Shown here in pieces: positions 32,281 through 41,943 of a stretch of 64,000 nucleotides of DNA. The notes beneath the pieces were generated by a model, which saw only the letters and a list, made by a program, of their open reading frames with translations, did no database searches and had not been told where the DNA came from. Each line of letters begins with the position of its first letter. Position 1 is the stretch's first letter. The position numbers and the translations under genes were made by a program. The stretch spans positions 128,001-192,000 of the forward strand of contig JAZDQA010000013.1 in the NCBI GenBank assembly GCA_043797085.1, read 5' to 3'. This DNA comes from Pseudomonadota bacterium. Lineage in GTDB: Bacteria > Campylobacterota > Campylobacteria > Campylobacterales > Sulfurimonadaceae.

Positions 32281-33156
32281 TTAGTGAACTTCTGACCAGA
32301 TTTTACGTTTCCACAAATACGCCAAGATTGCAAATACTAACGTATAGAGCATTACCCAAAGACCAACGCTTTCACGTTCAGCTTTTTTCGAATCCCCAAT
32401 CTCTTCCATATAAGCGATGACTTCTTCTTGCGCTTTTTCATTCAAACCGACACGTGGCATTGACGTTCCTGCCAACAACAATTGAGGATCGTTGATAAAG
32501 CCGTGCAAGTAGTGCTCTTTACGACTTTTGATGTACTGAGACAAATCAGGAGGTGTTGCACCCATATAAGTTTTGATAACATCTTTTGGCGTTGTTGCTT
32601 CAGATTTCGCATAACTCATCGAGTGACAACGTCCACATGCAGCATCATACGTTACTTTATGTATATCTTTCTCAGCTACTTTTGGAGCAATCGACTGAAG
32701 ATAGGCTACAACGTCCATGATCTCCTGAGGAGTCATCCAGTTGTAAGCAGGCATTGGGAACGCTTTTGCTCCACCTACTGGATATTTATGACCAAGTTTC
32801 ATAGCACTGACCGGATCAAAGATGAAGTTAGCTAAATAGTTTTTGTCATACATACGTCCAGAATGACTCAAATCCGGCGGAACAACACCATACGATGCTG
32901 CTGCGTCAGCATTTGGCATCATTGCAGGGTGACCTGCTGATTCGATTGCATGGCATGCAATACAGTTGGCTTCTACTAAAACTTTACCGTTTTCAGTATT
33001 TCCCGCCAATGATGTATCGACATTTTTTAAATCTTTAAATGTAAAATCTGCCGCTTTTACCTCAGGATGCATAACATGATGCGCATACGGTTCAATCCCG
33101 TAATACGTAATACCTACGAGAGCTGCAATAATTGCTAATATTTTAAACTCTTTCAT
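32281..33156 (-). CDS. petC: Cytochrome bc complex diheme cytochrome c subunit
   Basis: Two CxxCH motifs (CIACH, CGRCH), PPDLS repeated, MP ligands, C-terminal TM. Confidence 0.93.
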   Translation of the reverse strand: MKEFKILAIIAALVGITYYGIEPYAHHVMHPEVKAADFTFKDLKNVDTSLAGNTENGKVLVEANCIACHAIESAGHPAMMPNADAAASYGVVPPDLSHSGRMYDKNYLANFIFDPVSAMKLGHKYPVGGAKAFPMPAYNWMTPQEIMDVVAYLQSIAPKVAEKDIHKVTYDAACGRCHSMSYAKSEATTPKDVIKTYMGATPPDLSQYIKSRKEHYLHGFINDPQLLLAGTSMPRVGLNEKAQEEVIAYMEEIGDSKKAERESVGLWVMLYTLVFAILAYLWKRKIWSEVH

Positions 33157-34406
33157 TATTTGCCCCCTACTTTTTTAGCTTCTGCTTTCGTAATAAACGG
33201 CAATGCAATAAACAATGCCAAGAATGTCGCTGACGAAGCAAATCCAACCCATGCGTTTGCGCCGGTCGGAGGTAATTTACCGTATACCGTAAGGACAATC
33301 AAATCTACTATCAAGAACCAGAACCAGTACTTAAAATATGGACGTTGATTTGCAGGTTTTACCATTGGTGAGCGATCCAGCCATGGCATAACAAAGAAAA
33401 TAGCATTCGCAATTGCAAACGCGATCAAACCTAACGATTTACCTGAAATACCGGCGATTTCAAAGAAAAATCCGCGTAACACTTCATAACTCCACAAGAA
33501 ATACCACTCAGGGTAGATATGTGCCGGTGTTTTAAGACCATCTGCTTTATCAAAGTTTACAGGGTCCATTGCAAAGTCGTAATGGAAGAAAACCAAGTAG
33601 AAAAAGAACAACAAGAAAAAGCCTAAAACAAAAAAGTCTTTAGACAAAAATACAGGCCAAAACGGAACTACTTTAGAGTTCTTTTTATCCCCTGCAAGAT
33701 ATTTTTCTGCCTCTTCATCAAAATCAAAAAATTCACCTGCCTCGTTATTAACGTGGGGGAAACGAAGTGCATAAAAGTGAACCACAATCGCACCGATGAT
33801 TGCAAGAGGAATCAACAATACGTGTAGCATAAAGAAACGGGTCAAAGTTGAATCGGAAACATAGAAGTTACCGCGAATCCATACAACCAAATCACCACCG
33901 ATAAGAGGGATACCACCAAAAATTTCAGTAATAACGTACGCTGCCCAGTATGACATTTGTCCCCATGGAAGCATGTACCCGCTGAATCCTTCTGCAGAGA
34001 AAAGAACAAACAACAACATACCGGAAATCCAAATCATCTCACGCCCTTTTTTATAAGAGCCATAATAGATACCGGTAAACATGTGAATGTAAATAACTAA
34101 AAAGACAACTGATGCGCCGACGGCATGAATGTGTCGAAATAACCATCCGTATCCGACTTCTTGCATGATAGTATAGTTGACACTATCAAATGCAGTAGCC
34201 ACATCCGGCTTATAATACATCAAAAGGAAAATTCCTGAAACAACCAATAATGTAAACATAACGGTCAGTAATACACCCATTGCCCACAAAAAGTTAATAT
34301 TTTTAGGAATCCAATACTCCGTCATCATCACTTTTACGAATTTATCAATTCCTAAACGCTGATCAAACCACTCGTACAACGAATCTGCTTGTTTAAACTC
34401 TGCCAT
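33156..34406 (-). CDS. petB: Cytochrome b of the bc complex
   Basis: GYMLPWGQMSYW, PEWY Qo motif, heme-ligating His residues. Confidence 0.97.
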   Translation of the reverse strand: MAEFKQADSLYEWFDQRLGIDKFVKVMMTEYWIPKNINFLWAMGVLLTVMFTLLVVSGIFLLMYYKPDVATAFDSVNYTIMQEVGYGWLFRHIHAVGASVVFLVIYIHMFTGIYYGSYKKGREMIWISGMLLFVLFSAEGFSGYMLPWGQMSYWAAYVITEIFGGIPLIGGDLVVWIRGNFYVSDSTLTRFFMLHVLLIPLAIIGAIVVHFYALRFPHVNNEAGEFFDFDEEAEKYLAGDKKNSKVVPFWPVFLSKDFFVLGFFLLFFFYLVFFHYDFAMDPVNFDKADGLKTPAHIYPEWYFLWSYEVLRGFFFEIAGISGKSLGLIAFAIANAIFFVMPWLDRSPMVKPANQRPYFKYWFWFLIVDLIVLTVYGKLPPTGANAWVGFASSATFLALFIALPFITKAEAKKVGGK

Positions 34407-34407
34407 C

Positions 34408-34920
34408 TTATGCTCCTCCTGCTTTTGCCATCATAGCTTTATACTCAGGACCTTCTTCACCAAGAACAAGGGTCGTTCCGTCAATTTTAAAGGGAGGAAG
34501 ATCAAGAGGACGAGGAGGAGGTCCAAATTTATTAACACCGTCAGCAGAAAACTCTCCGCCATGACAGGCACATTTAAAATCTTTTTGATCATTACGATAG
34601 GCAGGAATACAGCCCAAATGCGTACACAATCCAATCATAACTGAATAATGAAAATCTCCGACTTTGACAGTACGTCCATCGGTTGGTTTCATATCTTCCG
34701 TATATTTAAGAATAAAAATCGGCTTACCGCGCCATACTGCGATTTCTAGCTTATTGGCTTCAAGAGCGGATACGTCAACGGTTGTAAAACCGGCTGTCAT
34801 AACACTCGGAAGCGGATCCCATGTTTTCTTCATCGCGATAAGTGAGGCAACCCCACCCACAGCAGCGACGGCACCAAAGGCTTTACCTATAAAGCCTCTT
34901 CTGCTTTCATCTTTCATCAT
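34408..34920 (-). CDS. petA: Rieske Fe-S subunit
   Basis: Tat motif SRRGFI; CTHLGC and CACHG boxes. Confidence 0.97.
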   Translation of the reverse strand: MMKDESRRGFIGKAFGAVAAVGGVASLIAMKKTWDPLPSVMTAGFTTVDVSALEANKLEIAVWRGKPIFILKYTEDMKPTDGRTVKVGDFHYSVMIGLCTHLGCIPAYRNDQKDFKCACHGGEFSADGVNKFGPPPRPLDLPPFKIDGTTLVLGEEGPEYKAMMAKAGGA

Positions 34921-34976
34921 TTCTCACTTAATTTAGAAATTTAACCCTATATCATAAGTTAGAAAGGTTTAATTTT

Positions 34977-35846
34977 CTATAAAACGAGGGTATTTCTTAT
35001 AAATTCCATTACTTCTTTGTTACTTCTTTGATACTTTTGATAATTTTTTGATTTTTGTTTACTTATAACTTCCATAAGTCGTTCTTTATCATAACCATCA
35101 ACAACAGGAATACCCATTTCTTCAAATAATGATATAAAATCTCGTGCGTAATCAGGACGTTGTAAATAAATCGGACGTCCGCCTCCGGATAAATTTTGTA
35201 AAACCGCCATTGGAGAAGCACTTATAAGTATGTCGGTGTGGCGAATTACCGTGTCATACTCTTCACTCTCATGGATAGCAGTAAAACTTTCTTTAAGGCT
35301 GTTTTCATATCCAAGAAAATGATAAAAACCCATCAACAACTCCATTTTGTAGGGAGCGAATAAAGCTTGATTCAGCTCTAAATCTTTTTCATAATCATCA
35401 TCCCCAAAAAACAGTGCCATGGGAATAGTTTTAGGAAGCACTTCGTTGTACTTCGTATCGACAACCGTTCCTGTAGCAATTTTATCACCGTGTAAATACG
35501 GTGAAATTAAAAATTCTTTTTCATATTTCACTGCATCAGGATTATCACTAATACGGATAAAGGTTGGAAAAAAGAGAGTCATATCTTCCATCAACGTAGG
35601 ATTAATTTCATCAGAATCAAAGATGATTTTATCTCCATGCTGAGCAATTTGAGGGATATTGCGAACAACGTCAACCCCGACCGCACGCTTAATTCCATAT
35701 TTGCGTGCTTCTCCTGCGATACGAAAATCAGAACAAAGAAGTGTAATATCAATATCTTTTTGAAGTTCATTAACAATAGCAACTGCACGATGAAAACGAT
35801 CTAAGCCGATTCGGTGTCCTGTGTGGACGTAATAAAAATATCTCAC
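34977..35846 (-). CDS. Hypothetical GT-B fold protein, distantly PseG/SpsG-like
   Basis: N-terminal [13 protein letters not shown] resembles the PseG IGxGHxxR loop; FFGDDD; DILISAS; overlaps the mnmG stop. Confidence 0.6.
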   Translation of the reverse strand: MRYFYYVHTGHRIGLDRFHRAVAIVNELQKDIDITLLCSDFRIAGEARKYGIKRAVGVDVVRNIPQIAQHGDKIIFDSDEINPTLMEDMTLFFPTFIRISDNPDAVKYEKEFLISPYLHGDKIATGTVVDTKYNEVLPKTIPMALFFGDDDYEKDLELNQALFAPYKMELLMGFYHFLGYENSLKESFTAIHESEEYDTVIRHTDILISASPMAVLQNLSGGGRPIYLQRPDYARDFISLFEEMGIPVVDGYDKERLMEVISKQKSKNYQKYQRSNKEVMEFIRNTLVL

Positions 35847-37714
35847 TTCTTCCCCGCCATTTTGATGTAAATTTGTAAAATATCCAACGCTGCGGGTGTC
35901 ATACCCGATATTTGAGATGCCGCTTGCAGGGTCGGGGGATTAAAGGTATTGAGTTTGCTCACAATCTCATTGGAGAGTCCCGAAACAGATTTAAAATCAA
36001 AATTTTCAGGGATGGCAATGTGTAACATTCGGGACATTTTTTCAACATCTTCACTTTGTTTCTCAACGTAACGAGCGTATTTTGCTTCGATTAGAATCTG
36101 TTCTTGGATATACGAATCAAGCGTCGAAAAACTCGGAATTAGGGCTGTAAGTTTCTCTAAATCGAAACTTTTGCGTGAAACAAGCTGTGTTGCTGCCATT
36201 TTGTCATTGATACGCTCTTCGTCGATGCTCTCTAAAAACGCCAAAAACTCTTTGGTCGGTGTCAAAATCGTCTCATCTAAAAGGGTAAGTCCTTCATTGA
36301 TTTGCAGTCGTTTCATCTCAATTCGTGCCATCTCCTCATCACTGATGAGTCCCAAAGCGTGACCGTATTTTCCCAAACGCAAATCTGCCGTCTCTTCACG
36401 TAGTAACAATCGATATTCGGCGCGGGAAGTGAACATACGATACGGTTCTTTCGTCCCTTTGGTCACCAAATCATCGATCAAAACCCCGATATACGCTTCA
36501 TCCCGACGTAAAATAAGAGGTGCTTTTTCCTCAAGCGACAAGGCGGCATTAATCCCTGCCATCAACCCTTGCGCTGCGGCTTCTTCGTATCCGGTTGTTC
36601 CGTTGATCTGTCCTGCACAATAAAGATTTTTCACTTTTTTGGTTTCTAATGTATGTTTTAGCTCGGTTGGGTCAACGTAATCGTACTCGATTGCATAGCC
36701 ATAGCGAACGATTTTGGCATTCTCCATACCGATTACCGAATGGATCATTTGGCGTTGTACATCCGGCGGAAGTGACGTGCTCATCCCATTGATGTAACAC
36801 TCCGTATTCTCGGCGGTTTGCGGTTCGATAAAAAGGTGATGGCGCTCTTTGTCTCGGAAACGATTTACTTTATCTTCGATGCTTGGGCAATAACGCGGTC
36901 CCACCCCCTCTATCTGTCCCGTAAACAACGGCGCACGGTGAAAATTTCCCTCGATGAGACTATGGGTGTCTTCATTGGTATAAGCGATGTAACATGGAAG
37001 CTGCTTTTTATCACGCGCAAATTTTTCGCGGTCGGTACGAAAACTAAACGGATTGGGGAGAGTGTCACCGTCTTGAATCTCCATCACACTAAAATCGATA
37101 GAGGAGCTGTCAACGCGCGGACATGTCCCTGTTTTAAGCCGTCCGACATTCAGCCCGTGAGCACGAAGCGACTCAGTGAGTCCTTTTGCCGCAAACTCTC
37201 CGAAACGTCCCGCCTCTTGGCGGATTTCACCAATATGGATCATCCCGTTTAAAAATGTCCCTGTCGTTAATATAACACGCTTGGCACGGTATTCATTGAG
37301 CAAATGGGTTTGTACCCCAACCACAGTATTGTCTTCAATAACAAGAGCGGTAACTGTCTCTTGGATGAGGCTCATATTAGGAGTCGTGAGGATGGTATTA
37401 CGGGCAATAACTCGATAGCGATCCATGTCGATCTGCGCGCGGCTTCCCCGTACTGCCGGACCTTTAGTGATGTTGAGGATACGAAACTGGATTCCCGCTT
37501 CATCGGTAAGCAGTCCCATTTCTCCGCCAAGAGCATCAAGCTCACGTACCAAATGCCCTTTTGCCAAACCGCCAACGGCAGGATTACAGCTTGTCGCCCC
37601 CACTTGCTCAGCTAACATCGAGACCATTAGGGTATTGTGTCCCATACGGGCAGAGGCGAGTGCGGCTTCGATTCCTGCGTGTCCTCCGCCGACTACAATT
37701 ACGTCATAGTTCAT
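35843..37714 (-). CDS. mnmG: tRNA uridine-5-carboxymethylaminomethyl modification enzyme MnmG/GidA
   Basis: [55 protein letters not shown]. Confidence 0.98.
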   Translation of the reverse strand: MNYDVIVVGGGHAGIEAALASARMGHNTLMVSMLAEQVGATSCNPAVGGLAKGHLVRELDALGGEMGLLTDEAGIQFRILNITKGPAVRGSRAQIDMDRYRVIARNTILTTPNMSLIQETVTALVIEDNTVVGVQTHLLNEYRAKRVILTTGTFLNGMIHIGEIRQEAGRFGEFAAKGLTESLRAHGLNVGRLKTGTCPRVDSSSIDFSVMEIQDGDTLPNPFSFRTDREKFARDKKQLPCYIAYTNEDTHSLIEGNFHRAPLFTGQIEGVGPRYCPSIEDKVNRFRDKERHHLFIEPQTAENTECYINGMSTSLPPDVQRQMIHSVIGMENAKIVRYGYAIEYDYVDPTELKHTLETKKVKNLYCAGQINGTTGYEEAAAQGLMAGINAALSLEEKAPLILRRDEAYIGVLIDDLVTKGTKEPYRMFTSRAEYRLLLREETADLRLGKYGHALGLISDEEMARIEMKRLQINEGLTLLDETILTPTKEFLAFLESIDEERINDKMAATQLVSRKSFDLEKLTALIPSFSTLDSYIQEQILIEAKYARYVEKQSEDVEKMSRMLHIAIPENFDFKSVSGLSNEIVSKLNTFNPPTLQAASQISGMTPAALDILQIYIKMAGKK

Positions 37715-37742
37715 TATTACTTCTTTTGAATAAATTATGGAC

Positions 37743-37891
37743 TGATGCTACGCACTTTGAATGATTTTCTTGAAAATTCAAAGATGCACGTGCTAAATTA
37801 CGTAAATCAAAGCACCACTACTTCTTAACGAATGAAGTTTAGAGTTGAATTATCAAGAAAATCATTCAATGTGCATAAGTGCGTAACATCA
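37743..37891. repeat. ~150-bp element bounded by long inverted repeats (MITE-like or hairpin RNA) in the mnmG upstream region
   Basis: 37757-37781 TTGAATGATTTTCTTGAAAATTCAA is the reverse complement (24/25) of 37845-37869; outer arms 37743-37756 and 37878-37891 match 13/14. Confidence 0.8.
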
Positions 37892-37901
37892 ATTATTGAT
37901 G

Positions 37902-37922
37902 CAATTATAACGGTTATAATTG
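37902..37922. promoter_or_regulatory. Back-to-back divergent -10 boxes (mnmG on minus; 37988 ORF on plus)
   Basis: CAATTATAACGGTTATAATTG: TATAAT on the minus strand (37904-37909) and on the plus strand (37915-37920). Confidence 0.55.
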
Positions 37923-37987
37923 AAAGCACTAAAATCTAAAGCAAAAACAGTATAAAATTAAGCAAAATCTTTGATGCGAGACATACC

Positions 37988-38179
37988 ATGGACACACCAA
38001 AAACTCTCGAAGAGCTCTTAAAAAACTATGACCCGACTCCTCTCGAATTCGATCCTGCTGTCGATGGGGACGAAGAACACCTTATTCGTGATGATCTTTT
38101 AAAAGAAAAAGAGCGGATGAAAGATGTTATCACCAAACTTAAAGAAAAAAATCGCGGCGATCGAAAAGTAAGGCGTTAA
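37988..38179 (+). CDS. Small hypothetical protein (63 aa)
   Basis: ATG start, acidic N-half and basic coiled C-half; fills the gap before the Sel1 gene. Confidence 0.6.
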   Translation: MDTPKTLEELLKNYDPTPLEFDPAVDGDEEHLIRDDLLKEKERMKDVITKLKEKNRGDRKVRR

Positions 38180-38198
38180 AGCTACCTAAGATATAATT

Positions 38199-38906
38199 TT
38201 GACAAAAATGGACCACTTTATGATGCTTCAAACCGCATTCGACGCTTTCAATACACAAGACTTTTCAAAAGCACGAGAACTTTTTGAAATACTTAGCGCT
38301 CAAAATAATCCTACCGCACTCTCATCCCTTGGCTATCTTTATCAGCAAGGGCTTGGTGTTGAAAAATCACAACAACAAGCCTATGAATATTATTCCCTCG
38401 CGGCTGATCTGGAAGAACCAACTGCCCTTTTCAACCTCGCATTGATGTATGCGGATGGCATTGTTGTCACACACGATCAGTTTAAAGCACATGAGCTACT
38501 GCTTCGTTCGGCTGTTTTGAATTTTCCGCAAGCACAATACGAAGCGGCTCTTAGTTTAGAGCGAGGCTTAGGCTGTGTTCAAAACTTTAGCGAAGCGGCA
38601 TTTTGGTACGAAGAAGCGGCGAAGCGGGGTCACGCAGGAGCGTTTAACAATCTTGGTGTTCTTTTCAAAGAGGGGCATGGAGTCGTTCAAGATTATCCCA
38701 AAGCATTTATCTGTTTTTCACGGGGAGCTAAGCTTGATCTTGCAGAGAGCCAATACAATTTGGGTCTTATGTACGACCAAGGATTTGGATGCGATGCCGA
38801 TCATGACGTTGCGCTAGAATGGTGCAGAAAAGCTGCTTATAATGGTCATGAAAAAGCGAAAAGTATTATCAGGTCTTTGCAAGAAGAGGGTAAAATTGTA
38901 TTTTAA
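38199..38906 (+). CDS. Sel1-like repeat protein
   Basis: About 5 repeats of A..NLG.MY..G.GV..D...A..W...AA..G; start uncertain (38199-38220). Confidence 0.92.
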   Translation: MTKMDHFMMLQTAFDAFNTQDFSKARELFEILSAQNNPTALSSLGYLYQQGLGVEKSQQQAYEYYSLAADLEEPTALFNLALMYADGIVVTHDQFKAHELLLRSAVLNFPQAQYEAALSLERGLGCVQNFSEAAFWYEEAAKRGHAGAFNNLGVLFKEGHGVVQDYPKAFICFSRGAKLDLAESQYNLGLMYDQGFGCDADHDVALEWCRKAAYNGHEKAKSIIRSLQEEGKIVF

Positions 38907-38918
38907 CAAAGGGGCACT

Positions 38919-39533
38919 ATGTTTACGGGATTAATTCGGGAAATGGGACAGGTAAAAAGCTTTGGAGCTAATCGCCTCTCTCTTAAGACATCTCATAAAG
39001 CAAAACTCGGAGACTCAATCGCCATCAACGGCACGTGTCTCTCCGTCGTAAGCATCGAGAGTGACGGATTTACCGTTGAGCTCTCCCCCGAAACACTCTC
39101 TCACGTTGCAACCGAAAAACTCACAGGAAACGTCCACATCGAACCTGCTATGATGATGGGCGATCGCTTCGAAGGGCACATCGTCCAAGGACATATCGAT
39201 ACCATCGGAACCATTGAGTCTATCACCAACAACGGCAACAGTTACGATGTCATCATCAAAATCGATCCTGAATTCATCCCTCTCATCCCCCCTAAAGGCT
39301 CTATTACCATCGATGGAGTGAGCCTAACGGTAAATGATGTACTAAAAGATACATTTCGTCTCACCATCATCCCTGTCACGATGAGAGAAACTCTTTTTGG
39401 AACGTATAAAAAAGGGACACGGGTCAATATCGAAACCGATGTTTTTGCCCGCTATATGCGACATATTCTCACGACATCCAGTAAAAAAGATCTGAGCTGG
39501 AATGATATTGACCATATCCATTCATTGTATTAA
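38919..39533 (+). CDS. ribE: Riboflavin synthase (alpha chain)
   Basis: MFTGLI N-terminus, GDSIAINGTCLS, GHIVQGHID, KGSITIDGVSLTVN. Confidence 0.96.
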   Translation: MFTGLIREMGQVKSFGANRLSLKTSHKAKLGDSIAINGTCLSVVSIESDGFTVELSPETLSHVATEKLTGNVHIEPAMMMGDRFEGHIVQGHIDTIGTIESITNNGNSYDVIIKIDPEFIPLIPPKGSITIDGVSLTVNDVLKDTFRLTIIPVTMRETLFGTYKKGTRVNIETDVFARYMRHILTTSSKKDLSWNDIDHIHSLY

Positions 39534-39544
39534 AAGGAAGAATT

Positions 39545-39850
39545 TTGAAAACAATTGAACTCATAATGATGCTCGCATTTGCCGGCGGACTTGTCCTGAC
39601 ACTCTATAAGGTATATCTCTTTCTCCCGCAAAAACCTCTTGAAGACGATGATACTACTTCCAGTTCCATTGAAGCGCTCGAAAAAATCATGGTTGAATCT
39701 AACCGTGATGGCATAACCGAAGAAGAGCTATTTGAAAAGATGCGTAACCATCCCGAGTTTGACACGAAACATTTTTGGAGATTTAACCCCAACCGCCTTC
39801 GCCACCTCATCGACAACTATCGCCTTAAAGAACCAAATTTTCGTCGCTAA
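39545..39850 (+). CDS. Hypothetical protein with N-terminal TM anchor
   Basis: AAGGAAG RBS, TTG start, TM helix, then HFWRFNPNRL. Confidence 0.7.
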   Translation: MKTIELIMMLAFAGGLVLTLYKVYLFLPQKPLEDDDTTSSSIEALEKIMVESNRDGITEEELFEKMRNHPEFDTKHFWRFNPNRLRHLIDNYRLKEPNFRR

Positions 39851-40568
39851 GAGATGTTGCATTTGGATTACACGTAATCTTATGCTCCATGTCTACTTTC
39901 TCATAATTCTCCAACTCTCTCACGGATGCAACGGTCGCCGTACGATATCCCTCACCCTGATTCAAATAAATATTAAACCCATTTTCATAAAGAGCCAACC
40001 GTGTTGCTAACGCCATTGAGTAGGTGGTCACAATCCCCTCATTCCCCATCAGTCGTGCGATATCAGCAAAATACTCACGAGTCCAAAGCGCTGGGTTACT
40101 AGAGGGGCTAAATGCATCTTGATAACAGACATCCCATACCCCATCTAACTCTCTCATCGCAACCCGTGCATCGGTAATCTCAACCGTAATACGAGTCCGT
40201 TCATCCTCATATTGTCCACCAACAGCAAGCTCTGTAATCACCTTTTTGTATGGTTCAAAGATTTCAGGATAAGGAAAATCTATCAAAGAAGCAACCAGCG
40301 CACCATCCAATTCGGGAGAATAAATTTTCAGCGTCATATTAGGAAAATATCTATCACGATAATATAGGCTAAGAAGAGTATTAAAACCAAGCCCGAAACA
40401 AATATCGATGATTTTGAGATTATTTTTTTCGCGATGGAGCACAAAAGCAGGCTCAATGTGTTTTTTGAGTGATTCGTTTAACGCTCCATCTTTGGTCGAG
40501 TGGTAGTGCTCATCGTATTCGCTGCTGTATGCCGTATAGCTCCCATCTTCGCTCTCAACCCAGTTCAT
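39825..40568 (-). CDS. mnmD: Stand-alone MnmC methyltransferase domain (MnmD/MnmC2; mnm5s2U34 methyltransferase)
   Basis: DGSYTAYSSEYDEHYHS..GALNES, DICFGLGFN, YQDAFSPSSNPALWT; start ~40568-40571. Confidence 0.88.
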   Translation of the reverse strand: MNWVESEDGSYTAYSSEYDEHYHSTKDGALNESLKKHIEPAFVLHREKNNLKIIDICFGLGFNTLLSLYYRDRYFPNMTLKIYSPELDGALVASLIDFPYPEIFEPYKKVITELAVGGQYEDERTRITVEITDARVAMRELDGVWDVCYQDAFSPSSNPALWTREYFADIARLMGNEGIVTTYSMALATRLALYENGFNIYLNQGEGYRTATVASVRELENYEKVDMEHKITCNPNATSLSDENLVL

Positions 40569-41047
40569 CACAACCCTGCTCCCCACATGTGCAACTTCTT
40601 AGCCACAATAACCTCATACCCATCGATCAAATCGATAATCGCATTGATCGCTCGAAATTCGACCTGATCGAGGAGTGATTCGACCTCAGCAATACTCATC
40701 GAACCGTTTTTTTGGACGATAATAATCTCGGAAGCGTTGAGTAATGTGCGGTAAAGTAACTCTAAAAATTTGCGCGGTGATTCATGCAGATGCAACACAT
40801 CCTGCACGATAACAGCAGCGTAATCGCGTGGAACTCCCCCTGCGGGAGATTTATAATCTTTAATCATAAAGGTTTTATGAAAAGTGGTATGGGTTAGACT
40901 TTGATGATTCCCCGGAAAAAGTGAAAAATCGATCAACCCCTCATAAGAGATGAGAAAATCACCCAATTCCTCCGTCATAGCGTCCAAATGGCTTGTCGCT
41001 ACCATGATTTTCGTATGGGGTGTCGGATGGAGAAGTTGGGTAATCAT
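40568..41047 (-). CDS. Hypothetical protein, degenerate class I methyltransferase-like
   Basis: DYAAVIVQDVLHLHESPRKFLELLYRTL resembles the C-half of class I SAM methyltransferases; no GxGxG motif. Confidence 0.6.
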   Translation of the reverse strand: MITQLLHPTPHTKIMVATSHLDAMTEELGDFLISYEGLIDFSLFPGNHQSLTHTTFHKTFMIKDYKSPAGGVPRDYAAVIVQDVLHLHESPRKFLELLYRTLLNASEIIIVQKNGSMSIAEVESLLDQVEFRAINAIIDLIDGYEVIVAKKLHMWGAGL

Positions 41048-41352
41048 AGTGCCAAATCGTGCAACTCGCGGAAAAGATACGCTTCAACAATATCATCAAT
41101 AGTACGTTGTGTATGAGCGACCAAAACCATCATCTGATGCTCGATAAACTCCATCACCGGCTCATAATTGCCCGTAATGATAACCGCATCAAGCCAACCG
41201 TCGATTTCACTGCGATCGGTATAAAATTTAATTTCGACCACTTGCCCTTCCTCAACCTCAACAGTCGCCCAGTAGGTTGCGGATAAAATTCCGACGAGTT
41301 CACTCTCTTGAGTATCATCGCCGTTCATCGGTAACAAAAGCAACATAATCAA
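41044..41352 (-). CDS. Small NifB/NifX (FeMo-cofactor binding)-like fold protein
   Basis: PM...[15 protein letters not shown]...DAVI...[10 protein letters not shown] pattern; overlaps the luxS stop. Confidence 0.55.
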   Translation of the reverse strand: MIMLLLLPMNGDDTQESELVGILSATYWATVEVEEGQVVEIKFYTDRSEIDGWLDAVIITGNYEPVMEFIEHQMMVLVAHTQRTIDDIVEAYLFRELHDLAL

Positions 41353-41852
41353 TCTACCTTTGAGAGATCAAGCTTCAGCGCTTCATTATCCATAATATCG
41401 ATGTCTTTTCGGAGCACTTCGGCAGCAATCGCTTTCGCATCTTCGAGGGAATGCATTGCACATGTTCCGCATTGGTAGAGGTTGAGTTCAGGAATATCAC
41501 TTTGTTTTTCAACGGCAATCACATCATGCATAGAGGCTTCCCACGCTTCAACCACTTCCTCTTCCGTAGGAGCACCGATAACGCTCATATAAAACCCAGT
41601 ACGGCAACCCATAGGAGAGAGATCGATAATCTCCGTTTTAGCTGAGTTAAGATGGTCACGCATAAAGCCTGCGAACAAATGCTCTAACGTATGAATCCCC
41701 TCTTGAGATAAGATTGCCTCATTCGGACGGCAAAAACGTAAATCAAAAACGGTAATATCATCCCCCTTTGGAGTTTTCATCCCCTTTGCGCGACGAACGG
41801 CAGGTGCGGGCATAATAGTGTGGTCTACGGTAAAGCTATCTAGTAATGGCAT
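41349..41852 (-). CDS. luxS: S-ribosylhomocysteine lyase (AI-2 synthase)
   Basis: [33 protein letters not shown]; true start at 41852. Confidence 0.98.
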   Translation of the reverse strand: MPLLDSFTVDHTIMPAPAVRRAKGMKTPKGDDITVFDLRFCRPNEAILSQEGIHTLEHLFAGFMRDHLNSAKTEIIDLSPMGCRTGFYMSVIGAPTEEEVVEAWEASMHDVIAVEKQSDIPELNLYQCGTCAMHSLEDAKAIAAEVLRKDIDIMDNEALKLDLSKVD

Positions 41853-41886
41853 GTGCATCCTTAAAAAATTTATTTTAGTTGAGGCA

Positions 41887-41920
41887 ATGGTAACATATTT
41901 CATCCTTGAGGCGCTATAAT
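41887..41920. promoter_or_regulatory. Putative divergent promoters for luxS and the aldolase gene
   Basis: TGnTACCAT on the minus strand (41887-41892 hexamer) and TATAAT on the plus strand (41915-41920) within a 91-bp gap. Confidence 0.5.
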
Positions 41921-41943
41921 TTGGCAATTAATTAAGGAATATT

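Noticed and set aside
41044..41352. Evidence of nitrogen fixation from NifX-like, NifU-like and 2Fe-2S ferredoxin genes
   Set aside because: These folds are common in non-diazotrophs; no nifHDK in the window.
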